From: Bugula neritina
Lineage: Eukaryota; Animalia; Bryozoa
NCBI GenBank assembly: GCA_964035545.1
Contig: OZ037767.1
Span: forward strand, 569,680 to 633,679
DNA: 64,000 nucleotides
Direction of reading: 5' to 3'
The position numbers were made by a program, and so were the translations under genes. Numbering within the stretch: position 1 is the stretch's first letter; the number at the start of each line of letters is the position of its first letter. Below, piece after piece: positions 14,001-26,000 of the stretch. The notes under the pieces were generated by a model. It did no database searches and was not told the DNA's origin. It saw only the letters and a program-made list of their open reading frames with translations.

Positions 14001-17000
14001 CATGGCATTCAATGCTATGGTGAACACAGTGCGTAAGGACCTCATAGATATGGACAGTTTGAAGGGCAAAACTAACCGCGAGAGATTGGAGCAGGCGTTT
14101 AGTGTGGCTGACAGGGAGCTGGGCATCCCTATGCTCATGGATGCAGAAGGTGCGTTATAATATATATATGATGAGCTATCTGTTATATATGATGAATTAT
14201 TTGCTATATATGATGAACTATTTGTTATATATGATGAACTTTCTGTTATATATGATGAATTATATGTTATATATGATGAGCTATCTGTTATATATGATGA
14301 ATTATATGTTATATATGATGAATAATCTACTATATATAATGAATTATATGCTATATATGATGAACTTTCTGTTATATATGATGAACTATCTGTTATATAA
14401 TCTCATACAGACGTTGATGTGAACAAACCTGATGAGAAGTCCATCATGACGTACATTGCCCAGTTTCTTAAGGCATACCCAGAGATGGGTTCTGGTAAAC
14501 CCGTAGTGAGTGTATTTTCATTCTAGTAAATTATCATTAGTTGTCTTCCCTTTGCGTATAATAAATATAACTGTAGTTGTCTTCTCTTTATCAATACTGA
14601 TTGACTTCTATTATTAAAGCAAACAACTCCAGTCTTATGTTTTGCCACTCAAATTAGAAACCTGACTTTTCACTAGGATATCAATGCAAACCTGAGTAGA
14701 GATCAGAGGGAGCGGAGAGATCATGATAACCTGGTGCTCTGGTTGGATGAGAATTCAGCACGTCTGAAACACTCGAGACTTTTCACTCCTGACGAGTTTG
14801 ATAACGAGTACGAGGTCAGTGTAATCTACAGCTACAGTGTAATCTACAGCTACAGTGTAATCTACAGCTACAGTGTAGTCTACAGCTACAGTGTAATCTA
14901 CAGCTACAGTGTAGTCTACAGCTACAGTGTAGTCTACAGCTACAGTGTAATCTACAGCTACAGTGTAGTCTACAGCTACAGTGTAATCTACAGCTACAGT
15001 GTAATCTACAGCTACAGTGTAATCTACAGCTACAGTGTAGTCTACAGCTACAGTGTAATCTACAGCTACAGTGTAATCTACAGCTACAGTGTAATCTACA
15101 GCTACAGTGTAATCTACAGCTACAGTGTAATCTGCAGCTACAGTGTAATCTACAGCTACAGTGTAATCTACAGCTACAGTGTAATCTACAGCTACAGTGT
15201 AATCTGCAGCTACAATGTAATCTACAGCTACAGTGTAATCTACAGCTACAGTGTAGTCTACAGCTACTGTGTAATCTACAGCTACGGTGTAATCTACAGC
15301 TACTGTGTAATCTACAGCTACAGTGTAATCTACAGCTACAGTGTAATCTACAGCTACATATATTGGTATGTTTCTGCTGCAGATATTCATTAAAGTGACG
15401 AGAGACTTGGACAGCAATAGCAGAGTTCTCAAACAGCTGGAAGAGAGCTTAGCCAGTGGTGGATCCAGCTACATTACCCCCGAGAAAATCACCATTCTGA
15501 GAGACAAGTGGGAGATATTTACTAGTCAGTATACTATATTCTTATTCTATATTCTTATTACTTACACATGAACTTCATCAGTTCTTTTGCTATTCTACTA
15601 AAAGTGGAGAGGTTGCTATGCAGTTGACTTCCAGCTCAGTGCGAATGCAACTTATTCTTCCATAAAAAACTATTAAAATTGCTTTAAAGTTGCTCAAAGT
15701 TCTCAGCTAGCTAACAGGAGGGGAGAGATTATTAGTTTAACTTGTGTTGAGTAGAACTGAGACTACTGTTGTGAGAGTAACGTAGTAAAACAAGACTGAT
15801 GATTATACTGTGTAGTGTATTGAGTAGAAATACATAATATTTCCTAATGAATAACAAACTAACAGAACTATGGACTCATATATGTACAAAATTGGCCGGA
15901 AGACAGAAAAATACAAACAGGAAGTAGTGATATTTTGTACAGGAAGTCGTGACATTGCATACAGGAAGTTGTGACATTTTGTACAGGAAGTAGCAACATT
16001 GCGTACAGGAAGTAGTCAGGTTACGTACAGGAAGTAGTATGCTATGTGACTCTGTCGGCACCAGAGTGCATACGCCTACGTTCCCTTTCATCTATCATGG
16101 TCCACATCATTCTGAATATACGTTGGTCATTTATATGGTAGAATATCCACATATACTCGTTATTAAATATGGTGTTCTGCTTTATCAAACTGCTCGAACC
16201 AAAATGCACCGTCGACGCCAGTTGCTCAAACGTAGCGTTGATAGTCTTGGCGAGAATGCCAGTGAAGTACACGTCGTCTACCCAGAAGTAAGGTTCATAC
16301 AGAGACTGGTTGTACAGCTTAGGCACTATGTCACCCGTCATTACTACGCCCAACCCGGGACAATATGGCGGGTATTGAGTGCCATTGTATTCCTGCTCTG
16401 TGATCTTCCACTTTCCCGATGTGCGCTGCGGGGTTCTACCATACCACACGTCACACAGGAACGTGTTCTTTAGCACCCGGCCCTGTTTTCTCAGGGTTGT
16501 CAAGTGCCTGAAGAGTAGGTGTATGTCTACCACCATATCATCATCCGTCTTCAGCACCAGCTCTGCTGACTTACAGTAAGTAGACGTCCATTTGCAGCCG
16601 GCTATAGCCTTGTACGTTAAGTTCCTGTAACTGTCCAGAAACGTCTCCTGCACAACGTCCCTATAAACCTCTCCCTCGTACTCTATCTTAGACTGCACCG
16701 TACTGTTGGTAGACATGCCCAGGAAGAATATTAGACTAGCATTATGTACATGGAAGTTATGGGGATTACCCCAGGTCTCCCGTATGAGCATCCGATGCTG
16801 AAAGTGGGAGGGGGCTGTGTGAACCCATATCAGTATGTCAGAGTGTTTCTCCAAGCATGCTCTCTCATTGTTGATGTGGTACTTGAAGGGGTGGGGGTTG
16901 ACGATGTGACTGGCAGGTGTAGCGTAGACTGAGTTTAGTACTAGTAACTGCAGGCATATGTACACAGTCCAGTGGTAGCAGCAGCTTAAACAGAGAGGGA

Positions 17001-20000
17001 AGTCCATCTCATGCACACGGCTACATCTCCATCTTGAGTTGTTGTCTACAGATAAAGAAATGTAATAAGGCAGTGCAGACATGTACAGCTGGAATGTTGC
17101 TCTCTGCTTTACATTACTCGGGTATTGAGATGTAAAATATTAAATATAAATAATTCAGCTGTGAGAAAAGCTAAGCTTCAATGCAATGCAATGCTTTCAT
17201 CAAACCGAAACAATTTCAAATTTGTTTCACAGCTTTGTAAGCTGTATTTATATAAGGATGCGTTGTGTTATTGAGAGCCTATAAGTAACTGCAATAGTAC
17301 TAATACTAAATACTACTCTCTAACTAGTACTAACACTAAATACTACTCTCTAACTAGTACTAACACTAAATACTACTCTCTAACTAGTACTAACACTAAA
17401 TACTGCTCTCTAACTAGTACTAATACTAAATACTACTCTCTAACTGGTACTAATACTAAATACTACTCTCTAACTGGTACTAATACTAAATACTACTCTC
17501 TGACTAGTACTAACACTAAATACTACTCTCTAACTAGTACTAATACTAAATACTGCTCTCTAACTAGTACTAATACTAAATACTGCTCTCTAACTATAGT
17601 ACTAATACTAACAATCATTTTGCATTCACCTACTTCATCAAAATTTTGATCATTTGAACAGAATTGGAATTGAATTGTATCAGAAATTGTACATATTGCT
17701 AGTAAACTGGTAATTCCCAGAGTGAATGTATAACTAACTTTTTCCTGATATACCAAGACTTTAATTTACAGTTACTACATTCAATTGATTCTAAACTTAA
17801 CATCAGAGGGTTATCTTGCTGTCATAGTAATACTGTTTACAGAAATCATTAGTTACCTCCTAGCTACTTCCTTAGATCTAGCTTTATGTAATATCAGTCT
17901 ATATACACACATATAGGCTACAAACCTTCATTGCTTATCTAATCCATTACTGGCATGCTAATTAGTCAGCTAACATCAGTTAATTAATTGCTTGCTGTTA
18001 TTCCAATATTGGTATGACAATGTTGAGTTTAATAATACACTACATCAGTTACAACTTTCCGTCAACAAAAGTGAAAAACCCATCACATGTTTCCCATTCT
18101 ATTGTTGGCTGTAACTTCAAATATTGATCACAAACCCATAGAATTCCTATCAAGTTACTAAGAAGATAAATTGATTTCTCCAGTTATATGATAAATCCTT
18201 ATAATTTAATTATATTATTTTATAGCCATATGCTATGTAAACACCTGAGTATTATGCTCAGTGAATATTAAATAGTAACTTGATAGACATCAGATTTCTC
18301 CACCAAATAGTGTATATTATGAAGATGTGGTAAAATTCTGTCCTGTCTCTCTCTTGCAGTCAGTCGATACGACTATGACTGTTTTATGGGTTAAGCTTAG
18401 ATTTGGTTGCAGCTCTCCACGCAGCTCTGTTGTCAGCTGTCTGCTGCCATGAACTCAAGTTTATTGCTCTCCATTTCATATTCCTCTTAGCAACATCTTT
18501 AAGTCTGAGTCTAGGTCGTCCTGTATTTCTTTTACCCTCTTTCAGCTGAGAGTAGAGCAATTGTCTTGGTAGCCGGCTATGTTCCATCCTGTGCACATGG
18601 CCTAGCCATCTCAAGTTCTTTTCTATAAGGATGTCGGCCATGCTTGGCAAATTGGCACGTCTTAATATTTCTTCATTCGTAACTTTGTCATACCATTTTA
18701 CAGCCATTATGTCTCTCAGTTGCCTCATCATGAAGGCGCTTAGCTTCTTCACCTGTGTCCTGTATATTGTCCATGTTTCTGCTCCATACAGCAGGCTTGA
18801 GAGCACCACCGCTCTGTAGACTTTACACTTTACCCTGATGGATACGTGCCTGTTGTTCCAGAGTCTCTGCTGCAGCTTACCGTAAGCCGCACTTGCTTTG
18901 CCTAATCTGTTCCGTAGCTCTTTATCTATTTTTGCCGTACAGGAAACAGTACTTCCTAGATAAGTAAAGTCTGAGGCAAGTACAACTGGTTCTTGATCTA
19001 TCATGACAACTTCAGGTTCAGGTGGAGGGTGGATGAGTTTAATTGGCTGGTACATGCATTCTGTCTTTTTTATGTTGATTTTTAAGCTAAACTGAGCCGC
19101 TGCTTTTGCAAAGTTGTTCACTAGCACCTGCATATCTGCAGCGCAATGTGCCACCAAAGCACTGTCATCTGCAAACAACATCTCTCTGACTAGGTGTTTG
19201 GTAGTACGGGTCTTAGACTTGAACTGAGCCACATCAAAGAGGTCAGCCCCATGTCGGGTTTGAATATAAATTCCTTCATTTACATTTTGAAATGCCACCT
19301 CAAGCATAGCGGTCAAGTATAATGAAAATAGTGTTGGCGCAAGAACACACCCCTGCTTGACACCATTGGTTACTGCAAACTCATTTGAAGCATCTCTACC
19401 TTGCACTACCTTGGCTTGCATGCCTGCATGAAGAGCTTTTATCAGGTTGATGACCTTCTCAGTTAAGCCAAACTTCTTCAGTACCCTCCAGAGGCCATCT
19501 CTTGATACTGTATCAAAGGCTTTTGTAAAGTCTATAAATACAGCATACAGCTCCATGTTTTGTTCAGCACATTTTTCTTGAATTTGGCGAAAGCTAAATA
19601 TCATATCAATGGTGCTCCTGCTGTTTCGAAAGCCACACTGTGTTTCTGGGAGTATTCCTGGAGTTATATTTACATTGATTTTGTTGAGGATGATACGGGC
19701 CATAATCTTTCCAGCTATAGACAAAAGCGAGATTCCTCTATAATTACCACAGTCCTTCCTACTACCCTTTTTAAAAATGGGCACAATGTTCGCATTTTTC
19801 CAGTTCTGTGGCATCTTCTCATTACTCCATATATAAGCAATCAGATCATATAGTCTCTCTTTAAGCCTGATTCCACCGTACTTCCACACCTCAGCTGGAA
19901 TGCCACATTCTCCAGGAGATTTATTCTCCTTGGTTGCATCTATAGCATCCAGAAGCTCATCAAAACTTGGCATATCGTCTAGGCTTAAATTGGGTGGCAT

Positions 20001-23000
20001 ATTTGTGAGACTATTGAGAGCTTCCTGGTCCACTTCCCCTGGTACATTCAGCAACAGGTCAAAATGTTGGGCGAACCTTTTTAAGGTATCATTCTTTGCT
20101 GTAAGTACTGTTTTACCACTTTGGTCCAGCAATTGGGCGATTCCCCTGTTCTGTGGCCCATAGACTTCTCTAAGGCCATTGTAAAATGCCTTCATGTTGT
20201 TTTTATCAGCTGCCTGTTGGAGTGATTCTGCTTTTTCCTCCCACCATTGAGACTTTTTCTCTCGAGTGTATTTTTGCAACTTGCTGCGTGCTTGCGCTAA
20301 TCGGTCAGTGCTACTTCTTGTTCTTCTCTGTAGTGCTTTTGATTTAGCCTTATTTCGTTCATTAAGTAATGCGTTCAGCTTTGCATCATTGTCATCAAAC
20401 CAATCTTGATGCTTTCTTTCTGCTCTACCTAAGACTTTGGTAGCTGTGTTGAAGGCTGAGATCTTTAACTTTCCCCATCTCTCTTCTAAGGTTACACCAT
20501 CATCATCTCTATAGTCCATTGCCTTATCCATCTGTTTCTGAAACTCCTGTAGCATATCCTGATTTTGTAGTTTCCCCACATTGAGTTTGCATGCGGAGTT
20601 CCCTCTTGTCTTGTTCTTTGCTTTCCTTAATGCAAATGCTAGCTTGGACCTGATCATGATATGGTCAGTTGAGCAATCAGCACCTCTCATTGCCCTAGTA
20701 TCTAGCACATCATTCTGGTCTTTCCGTCTTGTAATCACATAATCGAGGAGGTGCCAATGCTGAGAACGTGGGTGCATCCAGGTGACTTTATGATGCTGCC
20801 TGTGCTTAAATACTGTGTTCGTGATAACAAGCTGGTATTCAGAGCAGAATGCCAGTAGCAGCTCTCCATTTGTGTTACATTTTCCAATTCCTTGATTACC
20901 AATAACGCCTGGCCAATTTTGAGCTTCACACCCTACTCTTGCATTAAAGTCACCGGCTATAATCAGTTTGTCTGTGATGGATATATTTTTTACTGTTTCT
21001 CTCAATTTATTGTAAAACTCCTCTTTCTTTTCTTCCGTATTTGTCATTGTTGGAGCGTAAGCACTCACTATTGTCACATAATGGTTCTTTTTCAGTGGAA
21101 GTCTCATGCTTATAATTCTATCACTTGTTGCTGTTGGTTCTTGTTCTAGATAAGGCATAATTGTATTCCTGATAGCAAACCCCACCCCTGATTCTCTTCT
21201 TTCTTCCTCGCCTTTTCCACTCCAAAAGAATGTGTACCCATTATCAACAAGGCTATCATTCAGGGCAAGCCGAGTTTCACACAAAGCTGCAATATCGATA
21301 TCATATCGGCCCAGCTCTTTTGCAACAAGTGCTGTCTGCCTCTCTGGTCTTTTTGAATTATTCCGGTCTAGTAATGTTCTAACATTCCATTCTGCTAGTC
21401 TCAGAACTTTTCTGAACTTTCCATTGCGTCCTAGCTGACTTTTCACTGGCTGCCGGAGCGGGAGCAGACCAGCGCGAACCTTGTTAACCCGGGCGACGTT
21501 CGTGCCGGTATCAAATACTGTTTCCATTGTCATAGTCCATAAAACTGCATGCGAAGTGGTTAAGTGAACTTGGCTTTCGCGTTACCATGTTCTCTCTCTC
21601 GGCAGGGTGTAAATGGGATCTAGCGGCAAGAACAGGTCAAGACATGCTAGCATTTACAACCTGCTGCAGTGGCTGGCCGTTATACACGTTTGTCTGTACA
21701 CGCCCTTGAGGGCTGCCACAGATACCCACTGGAATGGTCTTTCAGATTTTTAGTAGATGTTATTTTTAGTTCTACATGGATGTCCAGTACACCCTCCCTA
21801 ATGTCAAGACATTAGGGGGTATCGGTTTAGTCGCCGACAGTCCGACCCATGGAACAGGTAGTACCGGTTACATGGTTACCGGTAGCAGATTAAACACCTG
21901 ACCTGACCTGACTTGATAGACATCAGATTTCTCCACCAAATAGTGTATATTATGAAGATGTGGTAATATTCTGTCCTGTAGAGAAATACATAGACTGGAG
22001 CAAGAGGTTAGACAGCTCCTTCCCAAAGCCTTTGGGTAACATTTGCCAGTGGCTATGCGATGCGGAGCGTCTCCTACAGGCCCCTCCTATTCCACTGATG
22101 GCTGAGTTAGAGGACGTGAAAGCTAGTTTCCTGCGTCATCAGGTAGATCTTCCTTATCTCTGTTAGATGAATCACCATTTAATCAGATACCTTTACAAAT
22201 TTTCACTTTATTATGGCTACAAAATGACTTCTTTCATGCATGTTGCAGCATTCAATGTATTTGAAGTTATCTTCTCTTTTAAAATATTTATTTCATAAAT
22301 ACATTTGTCCTTCTGTAGAATTTCTTCCAAGACTTGGAGTCCATGAAGCAAACATTTTCTCGAATAAAGAAAGCCGGGGAATGCAGCGGTAAATTCATAC
22401 CCCAAGACATGGTGTTGAGAACCACAGCTAGGTTAAAGGTCAGTTACTACAGGCTAACATACTTGGATATCTATTAATTGCCTGTTTCACAACATCAACA
22501 CTACTGATGACATTTCCATTTGGCTAGTATAACCATGCAATGTTGTGTACTCTAATCAATATGCCATACAGCTACATACCACAGTAGTCCTACCTGTATA
22601 CTACTTATATACTACCTGTACACTACATGTACACTACCTGTATACTACCTGTACACTACCTGTATACTACCTGTACACTACCTGTACACTACCTGTACAC
22701 TACACCAACAAGTATATTATTGTATCTGTCATCCATTTACCCAGCATAACAGAATAAACTACAGCAAGCTGTTAATACTGTCGAAAAGTTATTTTCACAT
22801 AACAAACTAGTGTTACAGTATTTGGTTGAGTAAACATTAGCGTCACTGACTGCTCGGCAGCAAGCTGACGTACTCTCTGCCAGCAAGTTAGCTTTCTGGT
22901 TCATCTCACATCACCCTGTGCCATGCATGGGTTACAGCTTCAGTTAGGCTGACCTTGTCTGTTGGTTTCTTCTTTTTATTCTCATCCATAAGTTTTGAGT

Positions 23001-26000
23001 TAATAACTATTAGATATTTTCTCTCTGGTAATCTGCAGGTAGCTGGCAGCATATCAATTCTTACCTCACAAACCTGTATCCTCAATCTAGTCTTTCTCTG
23101 TTCCTCACTCGACAGAGGCTCCTCTCCTCTCTGGAACTCTCCTCTCCTCTCTGGAACTCTCCTCTCTTCTCTGGAACTCTCCTCTCTTCTCTGGAACTCT
23201 CCTCTCTTCTCTGGAACTCTCCTCACACGTGCAGATGTTGTTCTGCTGCCAGTGTATTCTAGCTCTGGCTGAGCTACTGCTAAGTCTATTCTAGTTTGTG
23301 GGTCAGGTTAGTACGCTCTGTTGTGAGGCTAAATTTGGGAAATCACTTCACAGTCTCTTGTACTGGGACACCAAGCCTTGCTGCTGATGTCTTCTTGGTG
23401 GCTATTTCCTGTTTATATTCGTGCAATAGAACTACCCTCTGCTGATAAGTTGACCTTCCTCATCCCACCACAGTGCAGCAAGTAATTTGGTGTGTAGAGA
23501 AGGGAGACAATGAGTCACAGCTTGTACTGTGAGTGTTCACTCAGTTTATAACGTTATCACGTTACGTGTCGCACAACGTCTGACACAAGGTCAAACCTTC
23601 CTACTATTTCAAGAGTAGTCTAAAATTTGCCTTAGATTCAAAGTTCAATTTAGAGCAAATGTAGCTTATCCATTTAAATTTAATTAAAAATATTCAGTTT
23701 GATGAGAGAAAATCTATAAAACCATATGAAACATGATGGTATGTTATGATGAATTGAATAGAAATGATGAGAAATTGAAAATCACATTGTACTATTTAAT
23801 AAACCTACAAAACTTATGAGGGGAGATGGAGGGGAGGGGGAGGGGAAGGGGGAGGGGGAGGGGAGGGTGACTGTATAGAACTATACAGTGTAACATGTAT
23901 AACACTATATACTGTATAACTACACACTGTATAACACTATATACTGTATAACTATACCACTATGCCTGCCATCACTAAACAGCAACTCACTTTTTCTATT
24001 AATTAAGCCAAAACTAGACAATGTTGACATGTGACCTAGTAGAAGATTGTCAGGAATGGAAGTGATAGTATTGATACTGGTACATGGTACATGTAATAAG
24101 CTATATATATAATGGGCTATACATACATATAATGGGCTATATAATGACTGAATATACCAGCTACCACTCTCACCATTCTATACTCTGCACATTGTAACCA
24201 ACTTTCATTACTTGTAGTTACATTAGGCATAACGTTGCTCCTTCATATTGTGTTATTTTCAACTTTAAAGGGATCATCATGTTTGTGAAAAATACAGTTA
24301 GTAGAATCGCCATCACAAAAATGAAATCATTAGCATATTAGCATATTTTCAGCACTGCTAGCAATAAGTAGTCTATGCAATTGGAATAGGAGAGTGACTT
24401 GGGTATCTCATGTTGAACTGCATTTACATAGTTAGTTCAAGAAATGTGCTGGTTTGAGAGTAACTTGCTCAACCAATAGGGTAACCCTCTGTTTACGAAA
24501 ACCTGATGATTCAAACTTGATGTTTGGAGTGGTTTTTCACAGAAACATCACAATATGGACAGGCCTTCGATTTAGTTTCAGGTTTTGCCTGAACGCTGGT
24601 TACAATTGGTAGAGGGGGTGGCCACCCACTACGCCTCTTACTTAGTGTCAATAAAATGAGCTCACGCAATCTTGACCTGTGCTAGCATTACTTGGGCTGT
24701 GTGCACCTACTTTGAGTGTGAATCTATAGCTAAAGATTTGCAGTGTAACTGTGACTCTGTTATCAATACACAAGCCGAGACTTGATACAAGTGATGAAAA
24801 ATCTCAAGACTTGAGCAGAATTCTGCCTTTTTCTGCCTCAGTATTCAATGACTTATGCTATGCTGTTAGAGCTACTACCTAATTTAAAATACGTAACTGT
24901 GTGGAAACTTAATACTTGTTAACTAATCACAGAGAAGGCTGCATAAGTTTTATAGCACAAGAGCTGATATAAAGTAATTTAACTTTTTAAGGGTCTCAAT
25001 CTTTCAAATTAGTGACTGAGTCATCAAACTAAATGGATAGCAACTGAGGTCATCTGCAAGTTCAACTTGTCAATACACACTTATGGCAATTTTATCACTT
25101 TAGTAATTTAATTCCCACCTATTAGCTCAATTGTGTAGTTCTATGATTCAACTCTGATACTAACTTCTGCAACTGAAATTGTGAAGTCCCAAGAGCAGTA
25201 CAATTCTAATTATAATTATTAATCTATCACAACTTTATTACTTTCAACTCCACATTGTAGAGACATTACTATGTTTCTATACTTTGAAATATTACAAGAA
25301 CTGAAATATAACTATGATATCAAATGTCACTAAAACTCTACCTATGATCACTCTGTAACTGTATAACCATCACTATAACTGTATAACCATAACTATAACT
25401 CTCACAGTATATGGTATTACTCTCACAGTATATTGTATAACTCTCACAGTATATTGTATAACTCTCACAGTATATTGTATAACTCTCACAGTATATTGTA
25501 TAACTCTCACAGTATATTATACTAACTCTCACCGTATATTGTATACACTGTAGGAGATATCCACACAAGCCCAGTATCGGCACAGGCAGCTAGACTACGA
25601 GCAGCTGAGGTACACAATGCTTGCCTTCTTAGTGAACACGGAGGCTAAGCTGAAACTGTGGACACAGAAACTGACCTATCAGGAGGAAGTTGAAGCTGTA
25701 CTACTTGATCATAACGTAACTATCAGCTATGTGCTGCTCTATCTATATAAGATAATGATATGTATATACAAACACCCTATCTTTATAGTATAATGTATAG
25801 TACGAGATACATACACACATACCTACATATATATTTAGTGAAGAGTAGGGGTCTCGAATTGTTACATAGATATTTGTAAATTGTTATCTTTAGGATTCAC
25901 TACTAATTGGTAGTTACTTGCAAATAGTTGAAATAGTAATTATTTTACCTTAATGACTTTCATTGTACACAAATTTAAGCCTGTGTTCTAATGAAACGTA

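Noticed and set aside
12444-14505. Dystrophin/utrophin or spectraplakin identity
   Set aside because: The CH motifs IILYFQIEE and PDEKSIMTYIAQFL fit nesprin/MSP300, the rod already exceeds dystrophin length, and no plakin/SH3 region was recognised.
16042-18346. Glycosyltransferase as LINE 3'-transduced cargo or retrocopy
   Set aside because: It lies outside the TSD pair, has no poly(A) remnant, and has an upstream acceptor. Single-exon coding regions are common in this family.
22906-23272. Overlapping ~105-aa ORFs in intron 11
   Set aside because: Partly derived from a 20-bp repeat; no recognisable domain or compatible splice phases.
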